Origin: Azolla caroliniana | Taxonomy: Eukaryota > Plantae > Polypodiophyta | Assembly (NCBI GenBank): GCA_043228905.1 | Contig: JBHGNT010000010.1 | Location: 7,192,001-7,256,000 of the forward strand | Reading direction: 5' to 3' | DNA: 64,000 nucleotides | Shown here: one piece after another, positions 50,003-63,849 of the stretch | Numbering within the stretch: position 1 is the first letter of the stretch | How the letters are laid out: every line of letters begins with the position of its first letter | The notes under the pieces: generated by a model | What the model was told of the DNA's origin: nothing | The model's database searches: none | What the model saw: the letters and a program-made list of their open reading frames with translations, nothing else | Position numbers and translations under genes: made by a program

Positions 50003-50530
50003 CCCCTTGTACGTTCAACCGTCTTGTGACGAGGAGCGTTTCGGGCGTGCCCATGCACCTCTCCTCGTCATAAAGCCGTATGAGCATCTTGTACGTGTGT
50101 TTGTGTCTTCCTTGTACGTTCGGTCGTCTTGTGACGTGGGGGCGTTTCGGGTGTGCCCATGCACCTCTCCTCCTCATAAAGACGTATGAGCATTTGTGCA
50201 TGTGTTTGTGTCTTCCTTATACGTTCGGTCGTCTCGTGACGAGGGAGCGTTCAGGCTTGCCCACACACCTCTGCTCCTCATAAAGGTGTACGAGCATTTG
50301 TGCATGTGTTTTGTGTCTTCCTTGTACGTTCGATGTCTTGTGACAAGGGAGCGTTCGGGCGTACCCATGCACCTCTCCTCCTCATAAAGACGTACGAGCA
50401 TTTGTGTTTGTATTCTTGTCCTTTTCCGTGTACGTTCGGCATCTTGTGACGAGGGAGCATTCGGGTGTGCCCATGCACCTCTCTTCCTCATAAAGACATA
50501 CGGGCATTCGTGTTTGTGTTATCGTCCCCT
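50003..50530. repeat. ~105-bp tandem repeat x5 in the E 5' LTR (x4 at ~58257-58690 in the 3' LTR)
   Basis: ccttgtacgttcggtcgtcttgtgacgagggagcgtttcgggtgtgcccatgcacctctcctcctcataaag. Confidence 0.92.
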
Positions 50531-53500
50531 TGTGCGTTCATCTTGCGTGCTCATCTTTGCTTGTACCTGTTTGCGATGATCTTGAAAACATGACAAGTTG
50601 GGATCAACAAAAGCCACCGGCCCCACGAAAGGGGCAACGAGCCCTTGCTCGAGAAGGGGTCGGGAACCTCGGGTCTTCTCTATCCTTTCGTACTCCCTAG
50701 TCCAAGACCCCGTGTGGTCCTGCCCAAGTAATACACACGTGTGAAACTTCACGACACAAATTGGTGAACCCAACGTGAAAGGGCGGTAAGGGAGATCCAT
50801 GATGCGAGGAGGAGAACTTGTTGAAGCGATGGTGGCGGACCACTTGGTAAATGCCCGAGAAGGGATCTCCGGCTTGGACTGGGCCATAGAGATGGTGGTG
50901 AGCACAACGGGTCGGTTCAACGGAAGAGATACCACGAGCTACTTGGATGCCTATAAGGCCGAAATGCTTATGTGAAACGTCCCTGAAGATAGGCGGCTAA
51001 CCGGATTCTCTAGAGTGGTAACACTAGAGTATCCATGCAGAGGTACTCGAGATCCAAGAGGATTGTTGCAATTGGGAGGGGTTTGAAGAAAGACTCCTCG
51101 AGAAGTACGGCCTTGATGACTCACTCAGAATTTCGAAAAGGGATCGAATGGAGTGGGTTGAGCTTCCCGGCAAGGGGAGAAATACTATGGCACTTCTACA
51201 AGAATTTGAGAAGCGCTTCACGCGACTCTCGGCTCTCGATAGGACGGTGCTCGACACAAGCAAGGTCTTACTATTCATAAAACTTGTTGATGCACGAGAC
51301 TGAGAGAAGGTGGGGCTCATCCTCGAAACTGATGATGGGCTCACGACGGATTGGGCTATGGTAAAACGGGTTTGTAGTCGCTTCGATAAGAGAAGGGAAG
51401 GGAGCAACGGGTCTCCGTTGAGCGGCCAAGCATCCACAGGCTCCATTAGTGAGACACACGAATCCAAGGGTGGTAGAGCACCTCAAGAAAGAGAGCAAGA
51501 AAATGCAAGGTTCATCCTTGAGAGAAACGTGGTTGAAGCACCGTCTAGAGGGTCGGCAATAGACGAGCTCACAAAGATGGTGTGAGATCTCCAAATAGCG
51601 CAAGCTAGGAGAGAGAGTGGTGGCCCTCAAGATCGACGTCCCCCGTTCGTGCAAAGATGTATGTGGTGCGACAATCCTGACCACCTACGAAGGGAGTGTG
51701 GAGACTTTCAAGAGGCCCTAAGAAGGAATATTGTGTATCTTTGGAACAATAGGGTCTATTCGACGGAGACAAGGCGCCCCTTGGGATTGAATCAAGGCCG
51801 AGGGGGCATGGGAAGGCTAATGGAGGAGGCCGAAGCACGACATGTTGAAGCTGTCCACTACTTTGCGTCGGTTGGGATCCAACTGGGGAAAGAGGTGAGG
51901 AGGCAAGAGGAGAAAGAGTTTGACTTTTGGCTGTCAATCCTTGGAAGCCTCTCTAGGGGAAAGTTCAAAAGAGAAGAAGCGGACGAAGCGGAAAGAAGGG
52001 TCCAAGAAGCAACCGGGTGGAAGGATCCGGTGGAAGAAAAGACGGGCTTAGTGGAAGATGCTTGCCAAAACTACGAAGTAATGGTCGAAGAGAAGAAGGT
52101 AGGAAATGACGAGGGAGCAGGTCCATCAAGGAAATACGACGCTCAAGGTGCATGAAGAAGGGAAGAGCCGAACCAGTCTCAAGCACACGATGAAAGATGG
52201 AAAGAGAAGGGGACCCCCCCCCAACTTCAAGCTTTTCTCAGAGATCGAACAAGCAACGGACTTGAAGAAGGTAGTGGAGGAAAGGATCCTCAATAGTTGT
52301 GTAGAGTTTACTGTACGAGAGGTCCTCAGAATTGCCAAGAAAGAATTCCACGAGGTCATCATCGACCTAATGAAAAGGAAGCGGCTCTTGACGGAGCAAG
52401 AAGTGGAGTTTACTATACGAGAGGTCCTCAGAATTACCAAGAAAGAATTCCACGAGGTCATCATTGACCTAATGAAAAGGAAGCGCCATTGTAAATGCAT
52501 TGCCAACTGAGGTGCCCGAGGAAGATGAAGAAGACTATGCGGACAATCACTAGACGAGGCCGCATTGGGCGAGAGTGACAACGAGACACTGGTATGGGTC
52601 GGATATGTAAAAGAGCCGGTTGCAGCATTGATTGACCATGGCTCTGAGATCAACCTTATGTCCATGGACTTTTATAAAAAGGGAAAGTGGCCGATTAACA
52701 CGTAGCACTGGTGGAAGATTAGAGCAGCGACCAGAGCAACCGAGGAGCTATACGGGGCCTCCCGAATGTACAGGTGAAGATGGGGGACGTAGAAATAGAT
52801 CAACATTTCTTCGTTCAAGAGACGTCATTGCACCCGGTCATCTTGGGTGAACCATACATCGCGGCGGCTCGCATGGAGACGAAGGTGCTAGACAACGGGT
52901 CGGTATATGCGAGGGTCAAAAGACAAGATGGGAAGCATTCGGTCTAATTCCTTATGGTGAGGCCCAACCATGAGCGCAATCGAGCATCCCTCAAAGGGGA
53001 GAGCTGAGAGGATTTTTGATGCGGGCTATTAAAGAGTGGGGCCACAATAGCCCGAGGCAAACTAAGACCCTAAACCCTTGCAAAACTATTAAATGTACTA
53101 GGAAACAATTTTGGCTCTCCTAAAATGGAGCTTGTAAAATTACTAGTTTAAGTGATAGAGATAAGCCTAGGGCCAAGAGATACGAAAGGTATCTCAAACA
53201 ATGTAATTTATTAGGGGAAGATGACACCATAAGCGGTGCCATGGAGGCGGTCTCGTTCGATGACACTCTCGGAGATATGGAGAGGATAGTTGCTTCGGGC
53301 CTCAATGAAGACAATGTACACTGCCATCGAAGAGATTGGGCGGTTGATCGAGGAAACAAGGACGGTCGAGGTGCAAACGAAGTACAAGACCGTGAACAAG
53401 ACGGTGAAGCATGTGGCTGCCCCATTGCCTAATGATAATTGGGATCGGATAAGGGGGTAGCGGCTAATCCTAGCTTGCGGGACCCACGAGGCATAGGGCA

Positions 53501-56500
53501 CCGGTTCACCGACAAGACGCGACAGAAGCTTCGGATTGGTGGGGGTGGCTTCCTATTGCCTAGGGAGGAGGAAAGATTTAGAAGGATGATCGAAAGCCAC
53601 GGAAGGGCTTTCACCTTCTTGTCGAGTGAGGTAGGGTGCCAATGGTGATCTTTACGGTACCGCATGTACCGTGGAACATCAAACCAATCCCGGTTCCGAG
53701 AGCTCACATCCGGACGTTGATTGAGCTACTCAAGGAAAAGATCGAGATGGGTATCCTTGAGCCATCAAGCGCCCCATACTCGTATTGGTGGTTCACTGTG
53801 CCAAAGAAGAACGACACCTTATGCTTCATCCAGGACCTACAACCTGTTAATCAAGTGACAATTTGAAATGTAGGGGTCGGGCTGAGCGTTGACGAATTCG
53901 CTGAGGCCTTCGTTGGGAGATCTATTTATTCGATTGGTGATCTATACTCAGGGTATGATCAATTCCAACTAGCCGTGGAGAGTAGGGACATCACGACAAT
54001 GCGGAGCCCTATCGGGTTAGTGTGAATGTGTACCTTGCCACAAGGAGGCACTAACTCTGTAGCCCACATGGTAAATGCAATGAACAAGGTATTGAGAGAT
54101 TGCATCCCCGACATCACCATGCCATTCCTCGATGACATCCCCATAAAAGGGTGCTCTGAAGCAGAGAAAGATGAAACCTTGGACGAGGATGGGTGCAGAT
54201 GTTTTGTGGCAGATCACATCTCCGATTGCGAGAAAGTTCTACAAAGACTGACGGATGCATGCTTGACCTTCTCAGTTGAGAAATCGGCATTCGGCCAACC
54301 GGAGATTCTTGTGGTGGGACACTTGTGCGGGGTGTACGGATGGAAGCCATCCCCGGCAAAGGTGGACGCCATCACAAACATGAGGGAAGAATTTAAATCA
54401 CAGACAGAGGTGAGGTGATTTCTTGGTGCCTGTGCATTCTACCACATCTGGATCTCGCACTATGCTCACCTAGCCCAGCCTTGTATGGGCTACTCAAGAA
54501 GGGGCGGGAGTTCAAGTGGGAGGAAGAGCACATAGAGGCAATGAAGAGGCTCAAAGGAATGTTGGTAGCGGCACCAGCTTTATGAAAAGCCATATACAAG
54601 GAAGGGGTGCCCATCTACGTGACGGTAGATACGAGTCCAACAGGGATCGGATGGGTCATCAACCAAGAAGGAGAAGATGGTGCACGCTACGCCATCCGGT
54701 TCAGAGCCAAGGTCTTAAGAGAGCGACAACGAGGATATGCCCAAGTAAAACATGAGCTTTGGGGTATTGTGTCAGTAGTGAAGGCGGATAAAGATTACCT
54801 AATCGGGCCAGAGGTGGTAATAGAGACGGATTGCCTTCCAACGCTACGGATGGTTTCAGGATGTGCAACACCTGACTTAGCTATGCTAAGATGGATTGCT
54901 TACATCAAATCAATGAACCCAGAGATTCACCATAATTCAGGGAAGAACAATGCCATGGTAGATATGCTATCGAGGGCAAGATTCGAGGGCGAAAGCGACA
55001 TGGTGTTTGAAGATGAGGATGTCGCTCTTGACTTCTTTAAGACGGCCCTAGCTCCTATAGATGATCGAGATGTGCGAGTACTCCACACCTTTAACGAAAG
55101 TGAATATGAAGGGGAGTGGCTACACATTGGCAAGTTCTTAAGCTCAATGACGGTGGGTAGTTCATGGTCGAAGGAGTAAGCAACATTCGAGAAGTTGGTG
55201 GCCGGGAATGTACAAGGATGTTGCCCATTTTGTGGGGACATGTGAAAGCTGCCAGATACACTCAAACATACGCCATAGGGATGAGTTGCACCTGACCTAC
55301 CAACTCACCATACACTTCAAATGCATGGTTGATTTGGTTTCGATGCCGATGGGAGTAGGCCAAATGAAATATTTGGTGCTAGGAAGAGAAGACCTAACAA
55401 ACCAGGTAGAAGGGAGAGCCTTAGCAAACAAAACGACGGTGGGGGTGTGTAAATTCTTACTCGAAGATGTCCTCTGTCGGTAGGGATGTGTGGGAAAGAT
55501 AGTGGCCGACAAAGGAGAGTTGAACGCTCATGAAGCTACAGAGCTCTTTGAACGACTTGGAGTGAAGCTCTCTCTCACGACTGCTTATAACCCGGAGGCT
55601 AATGGAAAGATAGAACACGAATACGGGCCTATCGTAAAAGCCATTGTAAGAGCTTGTGATGGGCGAGTCGGGAACTAGCCTTGGTTACTACCTTATGCCT
55701 TGTGGGCCGACAGAACAACTCACAACTTAGTTACAGGTTTCATGCCAGCTGAACTCATGTACGGACAAAAGCCGGTGATGCCCATTGAAGACACGATCAC
55801 ATCATGGGTAGCGATGTCGTGGGAAAACGAGACAAGTCGAGAAGAGCTTCTAGCAACAAGGATAATGGAACTTGAGAGAAGACTCGAAGACTTGGAGTTG
55901 GCAAAGGAGAGGTTAGAAGTGGCTAGGCTAAGTAACAAAGCCCAACTCGACAAGACACACCGACTATGCCCTCGAAAGATCGAAGAAGGAGATTGGGTGA
56001 TTGTGTATGATAGCAGTCTCGACAATCGACATAGCTCGATGCGGAAATTCGCAAAGCAATGGTTCACGCCGTATGTGGTAACGAGTGCAAACGATAATGC
56101 CACCTACCACCTCGCTGAACTCGATGGGACCTAGATGGCAGTACCAATAGCAGGGAAGCGGGTCAAAATCTTCAAAAAGCAACACCACAGGGAGCCAAAC
56201 CTCAATGACCTTGACGAAGATAAAGGCAATAAAACGACAAGTTGTGGCGTCAATGAAGAGGAGGAAATGAATTATTGACCACCCTCAGCCTGCCATTCTT
56301 GGCACATACCGGAGGATGTGCGGTTTGGTGGGGTGGATGTCGTGATGTGGCATGCTCGAGTGTGGGAAAAACCGGTGAAAGAGGGGGGTCAAAATGTGTA
56401 TGTGTAATGTGTGTCCACACAAAGGCAATTAATTTTGCACATGCAAAGGAAAAGGGAAAAGAAAGGGTGGAAAGGAGGTATAGAAAACTCGTGTAAAAAG

Positions 56501-57181
56501 TAAGAGAGAGGAGAGATGAAAAGTAGAAAGGACACATGCTATGAATTTGTAGATATAGAATTATATATTATATAAGAGAGAGTTAGTGGACTAGTGGATA
56601 GTCACATTGACTTCTAGCTAGAGGTGCACAGTTCAAATCCAGTCTTACAATGCAGTGTGATTTAAGGAATTTTATTCCTTTTGCATTGAAGACAAAATTG
56701 GTGACCTTTCTTCCTATTGTGGTGTCCCTTGGATGCAAGTGCATGCCTTCATGTTGGGTGTGCATGTGTTCCTTTGTGTCCCTTTTAGCATACCCTTGTT
56801 TAGCATGCATGCCTTCATGCTATAGTGTACATGTGTTCCGTTGACCCACCCTTTTAGCATACCCTTGTTAGGATGCATGTAGGTAAGTAAAGCCAACCCA
56901 AATGGGTACCTTTGTACGACTATAAATTGAATAGGAAGTAAGAAGCTAAGCAAGCTGGTTTGGATTCATTTTGGGATGATGATAGTCTCCACCTCCCCAA
57001 AATGTCCTCCCAAATGAGTCCCCCTCGACCTCCTTTTATAGTGTGACATACTCGTCTTCTTCTCGTTGGCACTCGAAGTGCTCGTTTATGTTGCTCATGA
57101 GCCCGAGCTTCATTAGATCGGCGTTGTTTCACCCCCGTTTGTCGTTGCGAGCCCGTGTGCTCGCCATTCGGGTGGTCATGG

Positions 57182-57715
57182 TGTTGGGAGACAGGTCCCT
57201 CCGGATGGGATGGGAGAAGAACAATGCTGATGAACAAACTCGGCCGAGGCCAATAGGCCGAGGCCGAAACTGGATGATGAGTACCTGGCTACAGAGAGCC
57301 GGATGGTGCAGACCCGGTGAAGACCGGATGAGAAGTACCCGGCTACGGAGAGCCGGATGGTGCAGACCCGGTGAAGACCGGATGAGAAGTACCCGGCTAC
57401 GGAGAGCCGGATGGTGCAGACCCGGTGAGAACCGGATGAGGAATACCCGGCTACGGAGAGCCGGATGGTGCAGACCCGGTGAAGACCGGATGAGGAGTAC
57501 CCGGCTACGGAGAGCCGGATGGTGCAGACCCGGTGAGGAATGCTCACTGGATGAAGAGACATATTCGTAAATATGTTTCTGAGAGTCCATCGAGGCTATA
57601 TTTGTAAATAGCCGAAAAGTCATATTAGTATAAATATGACTTAGGGCAAACTTTTATGTAACTGTTGTTGTGGTCATTCTTGTTGGTGCAAGGAGAGAGA
57701 TAGCGCGAAACTGTG

Positions 57716-57752
<37 letters not shown>

Positions 57753-58014
57753 CGTTGCCTCTGTTGTAACCGCCGCCTGTGGCGAATATAGAAAGATCGA
57801 GGTCGTTGCCTCGGTGTTTTACTGTTGTATACTATAACATAGTGATAGTTTGCAGCCTGTGGGTTGCCGTGGTTTTTTCCCTAGTTTGGGTTGCCGTGGT
57901 TTTTTCCCTAGTTTCTCTTCACTGTGTCGTGCATTTATTTCTCGTTTTTCCTGTGTATGATTCTAAGCTCGGTTGTGGCCGAGCGTTGTGCATACGGAAC
58001 GACAGTTCTCGTCA
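57182..58014 (+). mobile_element. G-family solo LTR inside the E 3' LTR
   Basis: TGTTGGGAGACAGG...TCTCGTCA; TSD CATGG 57177-57181 / 58015-58019. Confidence 0.93.
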
Positions 58015-61000
58015 CATGGTTTGCTGGGGTCGGCATTTTTGCGGTGCTCGTGTGTTCATCTTCTTCGTGTTCATGCTCCGTGTTCGGATTTGCGTTTGTC
58101 TCTAAGGGCATTTAGTATTTATGTTTTGTTGAGCTTGTGGGTAACTAGAATTTGCCACATTGTAACTAGAAGGCCTTCCTGCATTGGAATTGAACACATT
58201 TATTTCTTTAGCCAATATCATTCGTGTTTTTTCTTTCTTTCTTTCTTTGTTCTCGTCCCCTTGTACGTTCGGCCGTCTTGTCATGAGGGAGCGTTTCGGG
58301 CGTGGCCATGCACCTCTCCTCCTCATAAAGGTGTACGAGCATTTGTGCGTGTGCTTGTGTCTTCCTTGTATGTTCGTTTGTCTTGTGACGAGGGAGTGTT
58401 TCGGGTGTGCCCATGCACCTCTCCTCCTCATAAAGGCGTACAAGAATTTTGTGTTTGTGTTTGTGTCTTCCTTGTACATTCAGCTGTCTTGTGACGAGGG
58501 AGTGTTTCGGGCGTGCCCATGCACCTCTCCTCCTCATAAAGGCGTACGAGCATTGGTGTGTGTGTTTGTTTCTTCCTTGTACATTCAGTCGTCTTGTGAC
58601 AAGGGAGCGTTTCGGGTGTGCCCATGCACCCCTCCTCCTCATAAGGACATATGGGCATTCGTGTTTGTGTTATCTTCCCCTTGTGCGTTCATCTTGCATG
58701 CTCATCTTTGCTTGTACCCGTTTGATCACTTGGCTCATGTGGTGATCTCGAAAGCCACCGGCCCCACAAAAGGGGTAACGAGCCCTTGCTCGGGAAGGGG
58801 TCAGTAAGTAGTGTTGTCGTAAAGCAAACCTCGGGTCTTCTCGATCCCTTCGTACTCCCTAGTCCAAGACCCCCGTGGTCCCGCTCAAGTAACACACACG
58901 CGTGAAACTTCGCAACACCGGACCCTCCACAAGCAGGGGGAGTAAAAGCGGCACCGGGAACCAGCAAGGAAAGGCCGACATGGAATGTTGGTACTATGGC
59001 AAGAAAGGCCATAGGGAAAGCGAGTGCTGGAAGAAGAGCGCCGATTCGAACAAATACGGATCCGACAAAGCCGGTCGGGAAAACCAGCAAAGCTCGCACT
59101 ATGCGGAAGGATCGGAAGGATCCAGAATCGAGAAGACTGGTAAAGGGCCAGCTTTTGTGAGGAAGCACAAGGCTAACTCAATGAAGAAGACTACTTCCAA
59201 ATCGGAGGAAGTATGGTACCTTGATTCCGGAGCATCCAACCACATGACGAGCCACCCCTCACCCAATTGGAGAAACCGGAACAACTGGGGATTGTGGAAA
59301 CCAGAGACGACACCCCTCACCCAATTGTGCATGTTGGAGAAGTCCCTTTAAGCCATGTCAGACAAAAGGGAAAGCTGATGAACGTATTACACGTTTCAAC
59401 TATCACAAAGAACCTTGTATTGGTCGGACAAATTGTCAACCAGGGAATGCAAGTGCGGTTTACGCACCTCGGGTGCTTCATTGAGGAAGAAAGTCGGATA
59501 ATTGCGCAAGGGCGCAGGGAAGGGAGGATGTTCATCATCGATCTCTGGCATAAGCGGATTGACCACGCCAACTACTGGAGGTTTTAAGATTTGCAATCGA
59601 AACAAGTTGTGTTCGGATTGCCGAAGTTTAGTGGCTGGAAGGCTCAAATTGTGAAGCCTGCCAACTCGGGAAGCAACACTGACTTCCATTGCCCACTGAG
59701 AGAAACAAGAGCCATAACAATCTTGATCTAATCCATTCAGATGTATGGGGACTAACACAGAACATTAGTCTTGGCAGGAGTTGGTATTTCGTCTCATTCA
59801 TCGACGACTATAGCCAGCACACATGGATCTACCTCATAGAGAAGAAAAGCGAAGTCTTCGACTGTTTCCGGAACCTTCAAAGCTTAGTCGAAAGGGAAAC
59901 GGAGAGTAAGATAAAATGTATGCGGTTGGATGGCGGAAAAGAATACTTTTCTGGCCAATTCAACAGTTATCTACAACAAAACGGAATTCAGAGAGAATTC
60001 AGCTGTCGATACACACTGGTCGAGAGAAAGAATCGGTCAATTATCGACGTGGCAAGGGCAATGTTGGAGGAGAAGAGCATGCCCAAATTCTACTGGGCTG
60101 AGGTGGTCCGAATGGCCGTCCACATCCAAAACCAGATCAGAGACAATGTGTTAGTACATGAGTTGCACTTTGAGTGGAAGCCGAATTTGAGACACCTTCG
60201 GATATTCGGTAGCATAGCATATGTGCATGTACCAGATGAGAAGCGGAGGAAGCTAGATCCGAAGTCGGAGAAGTACATCCTAGTCAGTTATTCGCATGAG
60301 TAGAAGGGGTATAAATGTTATAACCCCTGGACTAAGCATGTCCGAGTAAGCCGAGATGTCGAGGTTGATGAGTCGGCATCATGGTACTCCCTACTGACTC
60401 CAACTCCCGACAAAGACCCAATTCTGGAGGATGAGGCTAGTGAACCCGGAGAGGTTCAAGAAGAAGATGAAGGATTCAATACTCCAGATGAGAGTCCAAT
60501 CTCATTCCAGCTACGTGGACCGAATGAGCGGATGAGTCGGGATGACCAGTTAGATGAAGAACCGGCGAGTAGTGGAGACTCTGTCGTCCTCTCCCCGTGC
60601 AAGGAATTGAAGAGACGATTCACACGCAAAGAGAAGGGGAAGAAGAAGATGTCGGAATACGATACCAACATTGAAGGGTCGGATCGGAACGAATTTGACC
60701 CCGAAAAGGAAGAAGGCGGATCCTCACAAAGGAAGTCTGAACCGGTCAAGAAGGGCCTCAAATCGGCAAACGAAAAGTTATGCCGCTCAATCCGCCAGAA
60801 GAACCCCATCTAGGGGTACGGATACAATGAGTACATGGCGCATCACTATGCATACATGACTAAGGTGGCGGAAGTGCGTGAGCCGGAGAGCTATGCAGAA
60901 GCAACAAAAGACACAAATTGGTGTGCTGCTATGGAGGAAGAAATGCGGACACTTGATGCCAACAACACATGGGACCTGGTTGACCCTTCCCAACAGTGTA

Positions 61001-61834
61001 AACCGATAGGTTGCAAATGGGTATATAAGGTGAAGTACAATGTCGACGGTTCGGTCAACCAATACAAGGCCCGGTTAGTGGCGAAGGGATACACACAGAC
61101 CCACAGAATCGACTACGATGAGCTCCGGTAGCGAAGATGACGACGGTTCGTGTGGTATTAGTTGTTGTCGTGGCAAGGGGATACCTTCTTCATCAAATGG
61201 ACGTGAAGAATGCATTTCTTCAAGGTGATCTTCAAGAACGGGTCTATATGACCCAACCCCTCGGTTTCCAATTGGAGATGAACAAGTCGGCAATGTGCCG
61301 ACTCAAGAAGTCACTTTATGGTCTGAAGCATGCCCCCTGAGCTTGGAATGAGAATATCATGTACCGGTTGTGTAAGATGGGTTTTGCGGCCTCAAAGTCT
61401 AACTTGTCACTGTTCATCCGGAATAGTCTGGACGGTCAGGTTTATATCTTGCTATATGTTGATGATTTAGTCATCACCGGATCCAGACTTGATGAAATCG
61501 GCAGAGTGAAGTCCCAGTTGTCAGACGCATTTGAAATGAAGGACCTGGGGGACCTTCATTATTTTCTTGGGATCGAGGTGATCCGGACGTCCGATGGCAT
61601 ATTGCTCTCAAAAAGACACTATGTGTTGAATATGTTGTACAATTTCGGCATGACGGAATGCCAACCGATCTCCACACCCCTAGACCAGAACTTGAAGCTA
61701 CGTCTCGACTCCGGACCGGCCTACGATAAGAAACTGTTCCGACAAATTGTCAGAAGCCTCATATACTTGACAATCATTCAACCCGACATCAGTTACCCGG
61801 TCGGAGTGATCAGCCAATTCATGCAGAAGCCGAT

Positions 61835-62545
61835 CGTTGAGCACCTTCAGTGCGCACACTCGATACTCCGGTATGCTAGTGGCACGAAGGACCGGGGACT
61901 ATTATACCAACACGGTATAGCTGGGGAGCTAGTCGGATATACCGATGCCGACTAGGCTGGTGATGCATCGGATCACCGATCCACCTCCGGTTACATGTTT
62001 TCTCTTGGTAGTGCGGTTCTTGCATGGAGTAGCAAAAAGCAGCCAACAGTGGCTCTGTCGAGCACTGAGGCTGAATACTGGGGCGCTACCATTGCCACCT
62101 ATGAAGCCATCTGGCTTCGACGACTGCTGCATGATCTTCAAATCGAGGTGCCAACCCCGATCCTGATCTATTGCAACAACATGAGCAGACCGTCAAGCAC
62201 CTTTAGTGAGCACACCGGATACTCCGATATGTTAGCGGCACAAAGGAGCGGGGACTATTATACCAACACTGTATAACTAGGGAGGTAATCAGATATACCA
62301 ATGCCGACTAGGCTGGTGATGCATCGGATCGCCGATCCACCTTCGGTTACATGTTTTCTCTTGGTAGTGTGGTTCTTGCGTGGAGTAGCAAAAAGCAGCC
62401 AACAATGGCTCTGTCGAGCACTGAGGCTGAATACTGGGGCACTACCATTGTCACTTATGAAGCCATTTGGCTTTGGCGACTGCTGCATGATCTCCGGATC
62501 GAAGTGCCGACCCAGATCCTGATATATTGAGACAACATGAGTAGC
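61835..62545 (+). repeat. 356-bp tandem duplication of the RT/RNase H junction in copia A
   Basis: gggactattatacc...gatgcatcggatc...aacatgag repeated with period 356; both copies carry TAG at the ADW codon. Confidence 0.9.
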
Positions 62546-62820
62546 ATACAGCTCGCCAAGAACCCAGTGTTCCATGCTCGGGCAAAGCACATAGAAGTGC
62601 ATTATCACTTTGTTTGTGAGCGGGTCCTGAGCGGTGAAGTTGAACTTCGGTATATTCACACGGATTGGCAAGTTGCCGACATCTTCACCAAGCCGCTCGG
62701 ATCAGACATGTTGCAGCAATTTTTGGAGATGCTCGGCATTCAGCATCTCGATGTGCCACACTTGAGGGGGAGAACAAGAATGGGAACGTGTAAAGAAATG
62801 AGGAGCAAGAGTGGTTGAGA

Positions 62821-62858
62821 TGCAGCGGAAGGACTGTGTGTGCATGCGTACGTAAGGC

Positions 62859-62909
<51 letters not shown>

Positions 62910-63800
62910 AGACAGAGATAAAAGACTATATGTTACATTTTAACTAAAATACTTCCAACAGTAACTAAATTACAAGGGGTTGGTTTAAAAACTATTTACA
63001 AAACTAGCATGGTATGACCATAAGCTAGTGTGAAACCTATTACTATGGGAAGTTGAGTTCGACTCTCAACACGTCCCTTCAAACACAACTTCCATCTGTC
63101 GAAAAGTTGTTTCAGTTCGGTCTTCGAAATCCGGCTTCCGGCGTTCGTAATTCTAGAACTAGATTGTTCGGCTTTTCGGCTTCGTGCTCGGTTTGATTAA
63201 CTACGTGTTGCATACTCACGTATTGTTGCATGTTGTGTACTCGATCAATTGCATATAGTGCGCGTTTCGCTCACAATACTCCCCCTCAAGCTCGGCAATG
63301 TGGATGTCGTGAGACCAAGATCCGATGAGAATTGCCCGAACTTGTCGACCCCTAAGGCCTTTGTAAAAATATCAACAACCTAGAGGTGTGTACTGATATG
63401 TAATAGATCGATTTCTCCGGCCTGTATGCACTCGCGGATGAAGTGGTAATGCACTTCGATATGCTTAGTACGCGTGTGAAATACGAGATTTCGTGCCAAG
63501 TAGATGATGCTCGTGTTGTCGCAGTATAGGCGAATTGGATCTTTGATGGGTACGCCCAAATCCTTCAGAATAGGCTTGAGCCATACGGCTTCGCATACGG
63601 CGACAACCGGCTTCTGTGCTTGACAGTGCGATTGTCGGTTGCTTCTTACTACTCTAGGAGATCGCTCCGCTACCAAGGGAGAAGAAAAATCCGTATGTGG
63701 ATCGTCTATCCGCTTTGTATCTTGCCCAATCCACGTTTGTGTATCCTTCGAGTCGAATGGTCGTATTTGACTGATACATAATGCCGTTGTCGTGAAGGAT
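62821..63800 (-). mobile_element. Copia H 3' part, antisense in the A 3' region: 3' LTR 62821-63071, PPT, RNase H
   Basis: LTR TGTTGAGAG...TTCCGCTGCA (minus), PPT tttgaagggacg, CEAVWL..LYCDN..HTRTKHIEVHYHFIRE. Confidence 0.85.
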
Positions 63801-63849
63801 TTGCTTCACGATATAAAAATAAATTTAAATATTATATTTAGTAATATTA

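Larger units (their letters stand above)
28652..58917 (+). mobile_element. Gypsy E (tRNA-Trp primed): 5' LTR 28652-50756 (split by copia F), internal 50757-56337, 3' LTR 56338-58917 (holds a solo LTR); decayed
   Basis: TSD CCGG 28648-28651 / 58918-58921; PBS TGGTGAACCCAACGTGA at 50762; PPT ggtggggtgga; gag, LIDHGSEINLM, FLDDIPIKG, RNase H and IN with many CGA>TGA stops. Confidence 0.92.
27364..62820 (+). mobile_element. Copia A, outer element of the nest: 5' LTR 27364-27835, PBS-Met 27836-27847, gag to 28651, resumes 58918-62818; 3' LTR not seen in the window
   Basis: TGTTGAG...TTTACA then TGGTATTAGAGC; gag DNSSG|PSTSRGS joins across the CCGG TSD; CWYYGKKGHRESEC, WYLDSGASNHM, IN, YVDDL RT, RNase H ADIFTK; many stops. 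Confidence 0.92.

Noticed and set aside
49908-50530. CRISPR-like regular repeats and overlapping ORFs
   Set aside because: Whole ~105-bp units are homologous with no unique spacers; no cas genes; the array lies in an LTR
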